A DNA stretch of 62,641 nt, counting the filler, from Sphacelaria rigidula (Eukaryota): assembly GCA_964200075.2 (NCBI GenBank). It is 7 parts of 7 records of this genome, joined end to end, with 100 filler letters (N's around TTAATTAATTAA, not from the genome) between each part and the next. Parts side by side here need not be neighbours in the genome. Positions count along the whole stretch, not along the records: positions 53,780 to 62,641 come from CAXNAA020009908.1; 6 more parts are not named here. One strand, given 5' to 3'. The notes under the pieces were generated by a model. It did no database searches, was not told the origin of the DNA, and was given only the letters and a program-made list of their open reading frames with translations. Positions 61,721-62,641 of this stretch are shown here, one piece after another. Position numbers and translations under genes: made by a program. The first letter of the stretch is position 1; the number at the start of each line of letters is the position of its first letter.

Positions 61721-62641
61721 TCAGCATTGCATTTTAATAGTGCGCACACACGGGATGGGGGTCGCGTGTACGAGAACGAACGTCGTCTCGTCCTTTTCTC
61801 CACATTCACTACTTAACTTGCAATCGCCTGCGATATTCGCAATGACGTTACTCCTCCGGGGTGCTGCTCTCGCTACCTTGGGTCACGCCTGTTGAGCCAC
61901 CTGTCCGGTCAAAGCTGTGACCACCTTTCTTGCCACGGTGACTTCTTCTCCGAGCCCAGTACAATGACACTGCGGAACATGACTGGAGCGACTGGAATGA
62001 AGTATTTTTGAATAATGGGCATGTCGGAAAACCTCCATCTTATCGGAAGGGAAAAACACATTTCAGTAAAGTATCTTGATGTACTGTACAGGGGTACGTT
62101 GTATGTAACACCCCTAATAATACCCTCGGATTCTATTGTTTCTATGCTCAAATAATCACTTGGTGAATGTCTGTTCTGTCACGTACTTCCGTATACCGAG
62201 GCTTGCACATACACTTGACTTCCATGCCAGGAACGAATCGTCTCTGCAGCTGTACGAAAACGTCAGACCCCGTAGTTGCCGTCATTGACGTCGATGAAAC
62301 TCAGAGCTTCTGCGATGTTGGTACATGTGCCGCACATCGCTGCTGCGTTATGTTGTGTAGTCTCCCCACACCAAACTGTATCGGTGTTTGTGTCTCGCTC
62401 CTGCAGAGCTCGTCGGGGAGAGTTCCTGCCCACACGGTGTGGTCCCATGATCACTGAATCGTACCATTATTCTACGGCCTCGTTTTCTTGTTTTGTTTTG
62501 TTTTGTTTCGTTCTCGCACTGTCTCCTTACCAGAGGCCATGCAGAGGGGGGCCATGTGTGTTTGTGTTCGCGGAGCCATTCCTGGATTTTCGGTGCGGCG
62601 TTTCGCTTGTTTTTTCTCTCTTCCTTTTCTTTCCGTTCCCC

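Overview
Eukaryotic, intron-rich, repeat-rich genomic DNA, most consistent with a brown alga (Phaeophyceae; inferred from gene and repeat content). The window is not one locus. It is seven unrelated contigs of near-identical length (8864, 5 x 8863, 8862 bp) joined by artificial 100-bp linkers (44 N + TTAATTAATTAA + 44 N), so nothing should be linked across a linker. Splicing by hand (GT-AG, phase-consistent) recovers genes that the six-frame ORF track fragments or misses: (1) a 12-exon partial GT4 glycosyltransferase resembling fungal Gtb3 / bacterial PelF alpha-1,4-GalNAc polymer synthases (most interesting); (2) a LOV blue-light sensor domain whose GRNCRFLQG signature is split by an intron, with CRFLQG on a 25-nt micro-exon; (3) a Gal4-type Zn(II)2Cys6 transcription factor; (4) a BRD8-like bromodomain protein; (5) two unidentified multi-exon genes. 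The non-coding DNA holds many mobile-element remnants: a tailless LINE always next to poly(C) runs, microsatellite-tailed retroposon 3' ends, and several MITE/fold-back families, including one telomere-like cassette found inside two different TIR shells. Family assignments come from motif recognition, not database searches.
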